The notes beneath the pieces are model-generated. The model made no database searches. It was not told the DNA's origin and saw only the letters and a list, made by a program, of their open reading frames with translations. Source: Utricularia gibba (lineage: Eukaryota; Plantae; Magnoliophyta). From it: 64,000 nucleotides of DNA. A program made the translations under genes and the position numbers. Every line of letters starts with the position of its first letter. Position 1 is the first letter of the stretch. Positions 53,728-64,000 of the stretch are shown here, in pieces. Where the stretch lies: NCBI GenBank assembly GCA_002189035.1, contig NEEC01000012.1, positions 806,001 through 870,000 of the forward strand. Reading direction: 5' to 3'.

Positions 53728-56090
53728 ATGGCCGAACAGGAGAAGACATTGAACGAATTAGATGCTGCTGATCACACTGACAAGGGATTGTGTATCAATT
53801 TTTCAGATGATGCAGCCAGTGAACTCAAACCGGCCATGATTAATTTTTTGCCAAAGTTCTATGGGAAGGCTGGAGAAAATCCACACGAGCACTTGGATAA
53901 TATTACCATAGTTTGCACATCATTTAAAAGTGCTGGAGTGATGGAAGAAGCAATTTGTTTGAGGGCATTTCAATTTACTTTGGAAGGAGGAGTAAGGATA
54001 TGGTTTAATTCCTTGAAGCCAAAAAGCATATCAGATTGGGCTGGCATGAAGAAAGCATTCTTTAGCAAATATTTACCTGCCTCTAAAGTTGAAGAAATTA
54101 GAAAGAGATTCAGTGACATTGAGCAAATGAATGGGGAGTCACTTCATGAGTATTGGGAGAGGTTTAATCAATTGCTTGGATCTTGTCCTCACCATGGTTT
54201 TCAATCTGCTTCCTTGGTCAAATATTTTTATGATGGATTAATGTACACTGGTAGATCCATGGTTGATTCAGCAGCAGGGGGATTCTTGAGAAAAGAGACA
54301 CTAACCGAAGCTCTTTCCTTGCTTGAGGAGTTGGCTGAGCATTCTAGGCATAATATTAGAAAGCATACCTCAAACAAGTGGAGAGTAAGCCCAGGGCTTC
54401 AGAGATTGAACTCACGAAAAATGTTGCTGCTATGTTAGAAATGATGAAGGAGCTATTCTTATTCCAGGCCAAGAACATGCCGTGGGAAACTGTCATAGAA
54501 CAGGGCATGTTGCGGAAAAGTACCCAAATTTATTCGAAGAAGACCATGCCAAGGCTATGGGATATTTAGAGCCCCAACAGAGGAAGAAATATGATCAATA
54601 TTCAAATGCTTACTACCCAAGCTGGAGGGATCATCTAAATTTTCGTTGGAGCAACAATGAAAAATTTTCAAGAGCAAAGATCATATCAGGCACCTCTATT
54701 TCAAAGACAAAACCAGAAAAACCAGCAGCATTTTGAAGGCTCAAATGAAGGCAACACCGGAGGGAGTGCTAGAAATTCTTTGGAAGAAATGATGAAAATG
54801 TTCATGGTGCAATCAACAAGAATTAAAGATGAAAATAGAAAATCTATCAAGAATTTGGAGACTCAATTGAGTCAATTGATATTGGAGCTCGGGGAATTGA
54901 AAAAGAAAGGGGAACCAACATCTTCATGTTCAAATTCGGGTGGAAGAGTGAATTGCAGCGCCATGACATTGAGGAACAGCAAGGAGAAACCCGACAGAGA
55001 CTTAGTTCGATCTAAGACTAAGACAGGTGAGAAGCAGGAATTCAGTGTTGTGATTGAAGACAAGGAAGAAGTGGTGGTTCATCGAGAACCTCATAAAATG
55101 AAGATCATTCAACCTCCATTTTATGAAAAGTTGAAGACAAAAGAAGATCAAGATGAAAAGGAGAAAATTTTGAAGATCTTGGGTAATGCTCAATTTAATT
55201 TGACTATTTTGGACTATATTTCTATGGTGCGAAAAAGTGTGAAATATTTGAAGAACCTTTGTATGTCCAAACCCAAGATGAAGGAAAAAGGAAAGGTATT
55301 TTTAAGTGAGAGTTGTTCAATACTACTCACTCAAAAGCTTCCTGAAAAATGCAAGGATTCGGGTACATTTTTCATTCCTTGCAAAATTGGAGATTTGAAT
55401 ATCAGGAGAGCCATGGCTGATTTAGGGGCTTCTTTTAATATGATGTCATATTCAGTTTATGAAACTCTTAGGTTGGGACCCTTGAAAGCATCTGGGGTGC
55501 AAATTGAATTGACGGATCGAAGCGTCATTTCTCTCAAAGGTTTGGTAGAAGATGTCCTAATTTGAATTGAGAATTTGATATTTCCAGCTGATTTTTATGT
55601 AATCAATATGCCTACTAGAGGATCAAAGGACACCACCATAATTTTGGGAAGATCATTTTTTAGTACATCCAATGGTATTATCAATGTGAAGATGGGGACA
55701 ATTGAGATGTCTCTTGATGAAGAAAAGATCACACTTCACATGAAGGATGTTATAAACTCTTCAAGTGATTTTGAAGGAGTTTCTTCTATGGAGCCAATCG
55801 AGAAAATTGTTGAAGAATACTTGAAGGAAGAAATGGACAAAGAGGGAAAAGGATATGAAGAATTATTTCTTGAGAATGCAAACATTGAGACAAAACTGGA
55901 GTATTTGAGTGCTCTTGGAAGTGAACAAGAAGAGAAAATCTCGAATCAAAAGCCCTTGGGTGCTCACATGCAAGAAATTTTGATGAATGATAAGCATGAA
56001 GATTATGTAACTCTTTCTGATGGTCTCAGCTCGGATCAAGAGACAACCTTGTTCGAGGAATTCATCCACAATCCAAAAGAAATTTTACTG
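53728..56090 (+). pseudogene. Athila-like gag plus aspartic protease, frameshifted; no RT, RH or INT
   Basis: LPKFYG..GENPHEHL, AFQFTLEGGVRIWFNSL, QMNGESLHEYWERF, C..GH zinc-knuckle remnant, KCKDSGTFFIPC, MADLGAS and IILGRSF. Confidence 0.9.
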
Positions 56091-56235
56091 AACTTGTATT
56101 ACTCTGAGTTAGAACCAGTATTTGTTGCCTTCCATTTTGAGACTTGATTTTGTCTACTGAACTTGTATTACTCTGAGTTAGAACCAGTATTTGTTGCCTT
56201 CCATTTTGAGACTTGATTTTGTCTACTGAACTTGT
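56087..56235. repeat. Perfect 69-bp tandem duplication (2 full copies plus a partial)
   Basis: ACTGAACTTGT starts at 56087, 56156 and 56225. The unit is homologous to family A LTR sequence. Confidence 0.95.
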
Positions 56236-58224
56236 TTACTATTGTTAATTTAAGTTTAGACTAAGAACTACCGTTAATTTGAATTCTGTATCTACTGAAA
56301 CACATGATAAGTACAAGCTCCTTATGATCGACCCCAAATTCTATTTTACATTTTATGTTAAATTTGTATCTTTTGAGAATTAAAGATTATAAATTTATTT
56401 GATACAAATTTTTATTTTTATTACAACGATATTAGGAATTTCCGTTTATCATAATTATAAAAATTCTACTTCCTTGGTTCAAAATAATATATGTAGCTTT
56501 TCCAAGAGTAACATGTCTATGTAGAAACCATTCTCATATATCAGACATATCTTTATCAAGTATGTCATTAATCGGCAGTATAATATGACCCATAGTATTC
56601 AAACAGACTTCTACCAGTAATTTTGGTTATATTTGATTGACCTCTAAAATAGAAGAATTCTTAGCAAATTTTTGACGACATAAAGTTGGTACATCCATAG
56701 AATCTTGCCACATAGGTGGTGGTTGACATAAGGCCATAACGAAGTCTCCCATACTCTAAATTGTGATTGTTCTGCAAAGGCAAAAAAGAAATAAATGTAA
56801 TATTTAATATGAGACATTATTAATTTTTTGAATAATTAATAATAAAAGAAATTAATATGAAAAAAGATTAATATGATCACATTACTACTTTGTTGCCGGT
56901 TGAATGTATATGTTCTTAATGACTTATTATCATGTGAGATAATATTATTAGTACTATCATCATCATCTCCATGTTTATCTTCTTGTTGGACCCCATCTTT
57001 CAACTCACAATCACCATCATTAGAATATATTGTTTGAAAAAAAAGGTTTTCATTTGGTTCAGCATTCAGAAAGGAATCTTCTGAATGCTTAGATCATAGA
57101 GTATATGATGAGATGGTTAGTGTGATCCTAAAACAAACGAGAAAGGTATTACAAAATTCACAATTTCAATTTTTTAGACTTCTAAATTTAAATGATGTTC
57201 TTGATTCTTTTTTTGATAAGATAGAAATTTAACAATTTTACTAGTTGATTCTTTTGCACTTAAAAACAATCAGGATTATGCCCGTATGAAGGGAGGAGTT
57301 GATCAATATTGCACCATTCGACAGTTATAGTGATTTTTGGTCAACCCCTTCCCTCCCCCTCTCCCTTCCCATGAAATGTTCAACCCTCATGATCGAACGT
57401 ATTCACTTTGATAGTGTGATAGGAGATCATCAAAGAAGCCAATTATTTTTATTTTCTTTCAAATTTTATTGTGTTAATATTTGTAGCAAACATTTAAAAA
57501 TATACTATTTTAATAGAATGTTGAATTAGATTTAGTTTAAGTTTATTTGATATGTTTTGTCTAATTTTTTATGTTGTTTGTTGTGGTTACTTTATTGTAC
57601 AAGCATTGTCCATTGTTTTTCCTTTTATAATATTAGAAACCAATGTTATACTTGTATTGAGAATAGAATTAACTTTGTATTCCAAACATATATTAAATTC
57701 AATTCTATGAAAATTAATTTTGGAGAATCATTTCATTTTTATAAGAATCATGTGATCATAATTTTTCTATAAGAATTGATTTTGGAGAAATGATTCTAAA
57801 ATTAAGCTTATAATTATACCAATTTATAAATAATTTTAATTAATCCGAAAAAAATTGTGGTATTTTACAAAAATTAAACAATAACGTGTGTTAGTTTGCT
57901 AATTTTGTCAATATAATATATATGATATTTTATTTATTTACTTGTTTGCCCGATAAACAAAACACCAAGTATTAAGGTGAGTACCAGTGGCTGACACTCG
58001 AGATGTCAACACCCAGGCTTCGCCCTTGTGTATCTTGCCTTCCCTATTTAAAGACAGGGCTTTCCATTTCAGAGCTATTCAAAGACAGGGAGGGCACCAA
58101 TAGTTATTTTGGAAAAGCTTGAAACTGCTCTTCGAAAATTTTTGTAGAGTCAATCTGGTAGGGAGACTTCCTCAGTGCACTGAGTAGCTCGGGATCCTCA
58201 TTCCTAATGGCGCAGGTCAAGACT

Positions 58225-60315
58225 TCAAACAAGCACCAGCGATCCATCCTGTACGCCCAAACCTATCAGACTGAGTGTTCTTCCATTCATTCCTGGAAGA
58301 AATATACACGACACCCCACCACTTACGTCAGTAATGATAAATCTGTCGGAGAAATCCACAGGTGGCAAATGCCATTCTGTCACAAAGCTTGCACAAGTCT
58401 GATCCTTCCGGTCACCACCTGGATTATGGATGACCCATTAACAGGATTGCATGGGAACGAACAAGAAAAACTAAAGAAGAAAGAAGAAACCTTGCGGATG
58501 CACAAGCACTCTGTGAGAGATAACGGACTGCAGGAAATACAATCCTTAGGCTTTTATATTAATAGACTGAAGAGTAGCTAAAAAGATTGTGACCCATACC
58601 TTCCACACGGAAGGCATGATGTCATGATGCCGCAGATTAGAAGGAACCCTGGATTCAAAAAACCAAACTTTCAAAAGTTCTGGCGTCAGGGATGGCAATG
58701 TCCAGCCACAGAACAAACAATAAAGTCGAAGACATAGATTAAAACAAAATGATCCAGAACTCCAAAAACGGAATCAGGTGTCAAAAAAAAAAAAAAAGAG
58801 CAAGTGGTCCATTCACGATGTTTAACTGCCTAATCTAGAAGTTTCATGCCGGGAAGAAATCCTATTGATAGACTGGTTACTACAGAGTCATGACGAGGAA
58901 GCAGCATAGTTGGAATTTGAAACAACCTTCCACTTGTAGACTGCTTATCTCCCAGAGCAGCTGATCTAGACAATAATACTACGACCGAATGCTGAAGTTG
59001 AAGATTATTTATTTCCTGCACAACAGCCTCTGCCACGCCCTGTAGAGAGATTTTCTTCCTGTCAATGAAAGGAATGAATAAGAATTACATAAATCAAGTT
59101 AATCATATGAAATAGGAGCAGATTACCGGCTGCTGGTAAAGGTGAATGTAGTTGGTAGACCCAAAGCATGATCCATCCAAAAGAAAGATCTAATGCTGAA
59201 ACCAAAAAAAATGTTAGTTATGGCACACCTTTGGGAATTGTTAATAATCCCAATAAAGGTATCATCTAAAGATTAAAAAAGCTTAGCTCAGGTCAGCTAT
59301 ACTGCTAGACATAACTTTCAAACCCCCTATTCAGATGAAGAATGATCATGCAATTTAAAAATTGAGAAATTGAGAACGCCAAGCATCTTCACGCAAACCT
59401 GTCTACAGTAAGCATGTATTCCGAAGCACCCCGTCTTTCTTTTTCATTATGAAGCAGATGCTGCAGCGCCTGCAGAAATGATTAGATTCCCACAGAAAAT
59501 GCAGAAAACAGCAAATTTCCAAGTGGAGGAAAGCATAAATACAGATAGAAATCTAAAAAGAATTTGGCATTTATACGAAGACAATATGTACAAACAAAGA
59601 TATGTAGATAAGACAGAATATAGCTACAAATGAGGAATTCATGGCGGAAGTTAGCTTCCACTAAATATTTATTTGCAGGATGAATTAATGTCGCATCTTG
59701 AGAAGCCTGATTGTTACCTTAAGAGTAGCAAGAAACTGAAAACTGCTGTAGCATCGTTTATATGAAAATCGCTTCATGCAACTGGCAAACAACTCTTTAT
59801 AACAGTCGTTGTCACTATTTTTCATCTTGCTTCCTACTCCAACGAAAAAAAATGGTCAAATTTGTGCAACCTACATGAAAGCTTTCAGCAGTAGAGATGA
59901 TTACTGTTAGCGCCAATGATACGCTTTCTCAATGCATTTGAAAGACTCAAAACATCGAAACGGCAGTCCAAATCGATGAAAACCACATTGCATTCCAGTC
60001 CCCCATATGGCACCCCCTTCCACTCTTTCGGCAAGATACAGTTTATCGCGGCCTGAGGGAAATGCCATTCACCACACAGAAGCGAAGTAGCAGACATGAT
60101 AAGAGAGGGGGAGGGGTGCATTGATACTGTACCTGGGTAAGAATAAGGGTTTTGGCAGACGAGGATGGGCCAACAATTTCAACGACGTGTCCAGCTCGGA
60201 TAGGGAATCTGTGAAGAGGTGGCGGCAGAAGGAAGAGCGGTCTCCCGGTGACAACTCTGATAAGGGCGTCTTTGGCAGTTTCATCGGTTTTGATCCAGGA
60301 AGACACTGACGACAT
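58225..60315 (-). CDS. XRCC2: DNA repair protein XRCC2 homologue (RAD51 paralogue), 10 exons
   Basis: Exons 60315-60133, 60052-59905, 59833-59718, 59469-59399, 59195-59127, 59058-~58927, 58648-58600, 58527-58491, 58418-58327 and 58248-58225. Motifs VVEIVGPSSSAKT (Walker A-like), INCILPKEWKGVPYGGL, FIDLDCRFD, CMKRF, MPSVW and DRFII. Phases are consistent. Confidence 0.9.
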
Positions 60316-61608
60316 CCCAATCCTTGAGTACTGCGCCAGGCGACAACGGAAGGGATGGTTATCTAGAAAAAGATGAACATACCCATTCCACAACTCTACC
60401 GTAAGTATTGAACTTCCCCAAACAAAAGCAGCATCCAAATATTGAATCACTCTCTGTCAGTCTAGCATCCAAATAAAAGCAGCATCTCTTGTTTCCACAA
60501 TGGACCACAAATCCAGGGCTTAGTACACTTCAACTGATCGCCAAAAAACGGCGTCAAACATGGGCTAATCTTCCGAGCGTGAACCATGGGTTCCATACTT
60601 GTCTCGCCACATCGCAGTCAAACCATGGGCATTCTGCTTTCTTCGTTCCATTCTCCAAGACAGCACATTGCCTTTGTCTGGAGGAGAGGAATGAACGGAC
60701 ACCTGATTCAAGGCGGACGCGAACCCAACAGCGAAGTCGTCACTCACAGCACGACTTGGCCCAATCAATGTTGTGGACTTGGAAAATTTGCGCCAATGAA
60801 TTTTAAACCTGCGCTGCTGAGATATATGGGAAGACAACATGTATTTTCTCGTTCTATTTCTGCTCTTCATCCTTGGCAAATGAAAATGTAGGCAACAGCA
60901 ATGAACCCTTGGTCCGCCGAACACAGCCATCGCACTGGCAATGAAAGTGTACGCTCTACAGCCTACAGGGTGGAGCGTAAAGGCCCAGAATGAGCACACA
61001 CTCCCCTTCTGCAGATCCGTGTAAACCCAAGATGTTACTGTTAGCGCTTATCCTTAACGAGTGATGATTAGTGTACGACCCTACGCCCATGGCTTTGTCC
61101 GAGGATTTTCTGGGTTTTTTTGTTTATGACTCCGGAATACCCGACCCGATAAATTCTGTGCCTTAAAATGTTAAAATCCCTCAATTAACAAAATCGTCCC
61201 CGCGGCTATTCTATCCGGGCTTCCTCTCCAGCCTTCGGTTTGCCCAACGCTCAGCACCCAGGGGGCGGCAACTACGTCTCAGAAGGCCAAGAGTTTTAAG
61301 GTGAAAACATAATGTTAGTCTCACTTTTTTAGGATTTCGTGTAGGTGCCTTGGCTTCTTGCAAAGTGCAATGTGCACGAGACTTTTCGTGTTCGTTTTGT
61401 GTCCTGACTTAATTCGAGATGGAAATAATTCGAAGTTGGGTTTCAATTTTTTTACCCACGAAACAGTTTTGATATTCTGTAAAGGAAACAAAGTCGATTA
61501 GACCATGTAGCTTGCTAAGGTTTGATACCTTCTAGTTGCTTTTAGTTTTCTTTGCTTGCTCCATATGCTATGGAAGTCAGTATCTTCAATTTCTTGACAG
61601 ACCGTGTG

Positions 61609-63913
61609 ATGGCAATCATGCCTTGCGGAGGTACGTGGGTGACCAGGTGGGGATTTCAGCCACACGTATTAGCGAGACCATCCATCTCAACTAGAGCATC
61701 CATGTTTCTGCGAGGGTAAAAACCCCCATATCTTAACTAGGAGACTTATATGGAGTAAAAGAACATTTTTTTTTCTTTGTTCCTGTGTATAACATCTTTC
61801 TAGTGTTTTTATTTCTTTTTAAACTATGTTGGGATTGTTTCTTTTGGCAGTCCTTCAGGCAGTTTAGGATCACTCGCATCAAAGAGTTCAGGCTTATTTT
61901 CTCAAGAGTATGTAAATGTGCTTTCGGGTTTGTGCACTAGCCAATGCCGGAAGAGACGAGCTAAATTCATTGTTAGAGCTGATAAAGTAAGTATAACTGA
62001 GAATTGTATTGGCTTAGCTTTTTTTTCTTCACAAAAACGTAGTGCTAGTATTCTGCGTCATTTATATCCTGTTAATGTTTTTTTTTTTAACGGTTGCTTA
62101 ATTTAGTTTCTTGAATACTTTCCTTGTTTTAATTTTTTCTAAATGCATTCATATGGTACTTTTCTGGCAGGATTACTATTCTGTTCTTGGCGTGTCAAGA
62201 AGTGCTAGCAAATCAGAGATCAAGAGTGGTAGGTGTCAACTATTGAATGCACTGCGAATCCATCTTATGATTACTGAAATCATGTTTTGAGATTCATGCA
62301 TTGGCTGATATTTTTTTTTTCGATAATTGGAGGTTTAAAGAATGGAGATGAAACTAAAGGTGTAATAATGTATACTTTAGCTAATATTAATCCCTACGGG
62401 TTAACATGGATTATTAGTTTCTGGATTGCTGTCTGGTGCTAAGTAGAATCTATGGCAACCGAGAATTTGTGTTTCTGAAGTTATACACAGTGCTTGCTAC
62501 TTATTTTTCATATGGTTATCCCGATCTGTGACATTAAGTCTTGTTTCCCATATCTTTTCGTTCATCAGCATATCGGAAGCTGGCCAGGAATTATCATCCA
62601 GATGTGAACAAGTATGTTTCAAGATAGTATATATTTTTTCTTTCTGAATTAAATCAGATATCTCAATATTTTATTTGAATTACAGAGATCCAGGTGCAGA
62701 AGAAAAATTCAAAGAGATAAGTAATGCGTATGAGGTATAAAAATGAACCTTCCATTCAATTAGGGTACTGCTTAGTATATTTATTGATAGAATCCTCACA
62801 AATACATAACAGGTTTTGCTGGATGATGAGAAACGCTCAATTTATGATAGATATGGAGAAGCTGGATTTAAAGGTGCTGGAATGGGCATGGGGGTAAGTT
62901 CCTTTTTTAGTACAAGAGTACCACAAAAGAGAACACAGAGATGAAAGTGGGAATGAATTGTTCAGTTAATTCTATGGGCAACCAGTAAACTGGCTATCCT
63001 TACGGGTGTGGTTTTGCCTATAAAAACTGACTCTTTAACATTTCGCACTGTTTTCAACTTTCAGGATTTCAGCAATCCGTTTGATCTGTTTGACACGATT
63101 TTTAATATGGGGAACATGGGTGGAATGGGTATGGGTGGAAGAGGCTCTCGAAATCGAGCCACAGAAGGTGAAGACCAAGTCTATAATTTGGTTTTGAACT
63201 TCAAGGAAGCCGTATTTGGAGTGGAGAAAGAAATCGAAATCAACCGTCTTGAGAGCTGCAGCACCTGTGATGGGTCTGGTGCAAAACCAGGGACAAAGGC
63301 ATCAAAGTGCGGCATATGTGGAGGTCAAGGACAGGTCATCTCGCAAGTCAGAACTCCTCTCGGTGTGATCCAACAAGTTATGACATGTTCTACTTGTGAG
63401 GGTGCCGGAGAAACCTCAACCCCATGCAATACTTGTGATGGTAATGGCCGAGTGAAGAAGACCAAGCGTATAAGCTTGAAAGTTCCTGCGGGAGTGGATT
63501 CAGGGAATAAACTGAGAGTCCGGTCGGAAGGAAATGCTGGAAGGAGAGGTGGTCCTCCAGGAGACCTCTTTGTGGTGATTGATGTTCTCTCAGATTCTGT
63601 TCTGAGACGGGATGCTACCAACATCCTGTACTCATGCAAGGTTTCTTATATTGATGCCATCCTGGGTACGACGATGAAGGTGCCAACAGTGGATGGGTTG
63701 GCGGATCTCAAGATCCCCGCCGGCACACAACCTGGAACAAAGCTCGTGATGGCAAAGAAGGGCGTGCCCTATCTGAACAAAAGCAACATGCGGGGTGACC
63801 AAGTGGTCACAGTGCAAGTTGAGATCCCAAAACGTTTGGGTAGTGAGGAGAAGAAGCTGATTGAAGAACTCGCCAACCTGAACAAAGCCAAGGCCCCCAA
63901 CAGCCGGAGATAA
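61609..63913 (+). CDS. dnaJ: Chloroplast type-I DnaJ chaperone (DJA5/DJA6-like), 7 coding exons
   Basis: Exons 61609-61715, 61851-61986, 62171-62228, 62569-62611, 62686-62734, 62813-62893 and 63065-63913. J domain with HPD, G/M-rich linker, four CxxCxGxG repeats, C-terminal domain and transit peptide. Probable 5'UTR intron 61301-61600. Confidence 0.95.
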
Positions 63914-64000
63914 GTCTCACTCATGGTAATGCTCTCTTGGATGCACACAGAGTAATAGACATAGTAGCTCAATTTTCGTTCATGTTGTGGATGGATGTAT

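Larger units (their letters stand above)
51541..56451 (+). mobile_element. Athila-like composite: LTR-A 5' part (51541-52459), LTR-B (52460-53537), PBS, gag-protease, LTR 3' part (~56090-56451)
   Basis: Two TGATG.CACAC LTR starts, two TTTATCA LTR ends, outer TSD TAGTT / TAATT (1 mismatch). Homologous to the solo LTR at 40722-42122. Confidence 0.85.

Noticed and set aside
58225-60315. Causal link between XRCC2 and the local abundance of solo LTRs
   Set aside because: XRCC2 acts in trans, so physical proximity gives no mechanism. Treated as coincidence.
60489-60999. Several 100-144-aa ORFs between XRCC2 and DnaJ
   Set aside because: No recognisable domain. The region is better explained as the XRCC2 5'UTR/intron.
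61060-61145. GTGATGA as a C/D snoRNA C box
   Set aside because: No CTGA D box or terminal stem at a suitable distance.

Overview
Plant (angiosperm) nuclear genomic DNA with AT-rich intergenic regions and GT-AG introns. No CRISPR, rRNA or tRNA genes were recognised. Seven host genes: the 3' part of a DUF632 (NRG2/REL2-like) gene, chloroplast ALAD/HemB, PsbS, an At4g08330-like CxxC protein, a DUF740-like small protein, XRCC2 and a chloroplast type-I DnaJ. They sit among nested transposons: one full-length Tat/Retand-type Ty3/gypsy element with TSDs, a doubly deleted sister copy, an Athila-like LTR-in-LTR composite, five solo LTRs of two families, two Harbinger-superfamily relics, a MULE relic, a hAT-type non-autonomous element and MITEs. 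The most notable item is a multi-exon antisense gene inside the Retand element, with its own TATA box, a 5'UTR intron and two frame-restoring introns giving about 700 codons. Also notable are a 1-nt frameshift in the ALAD gene lying tail-to-tail with PsbS and a second homopolymer frameshift in the At4g08330-like gene; either could be an assembly error. All alignments and counts were done by eye, and family assignments come from recalled motifs, not database searches.
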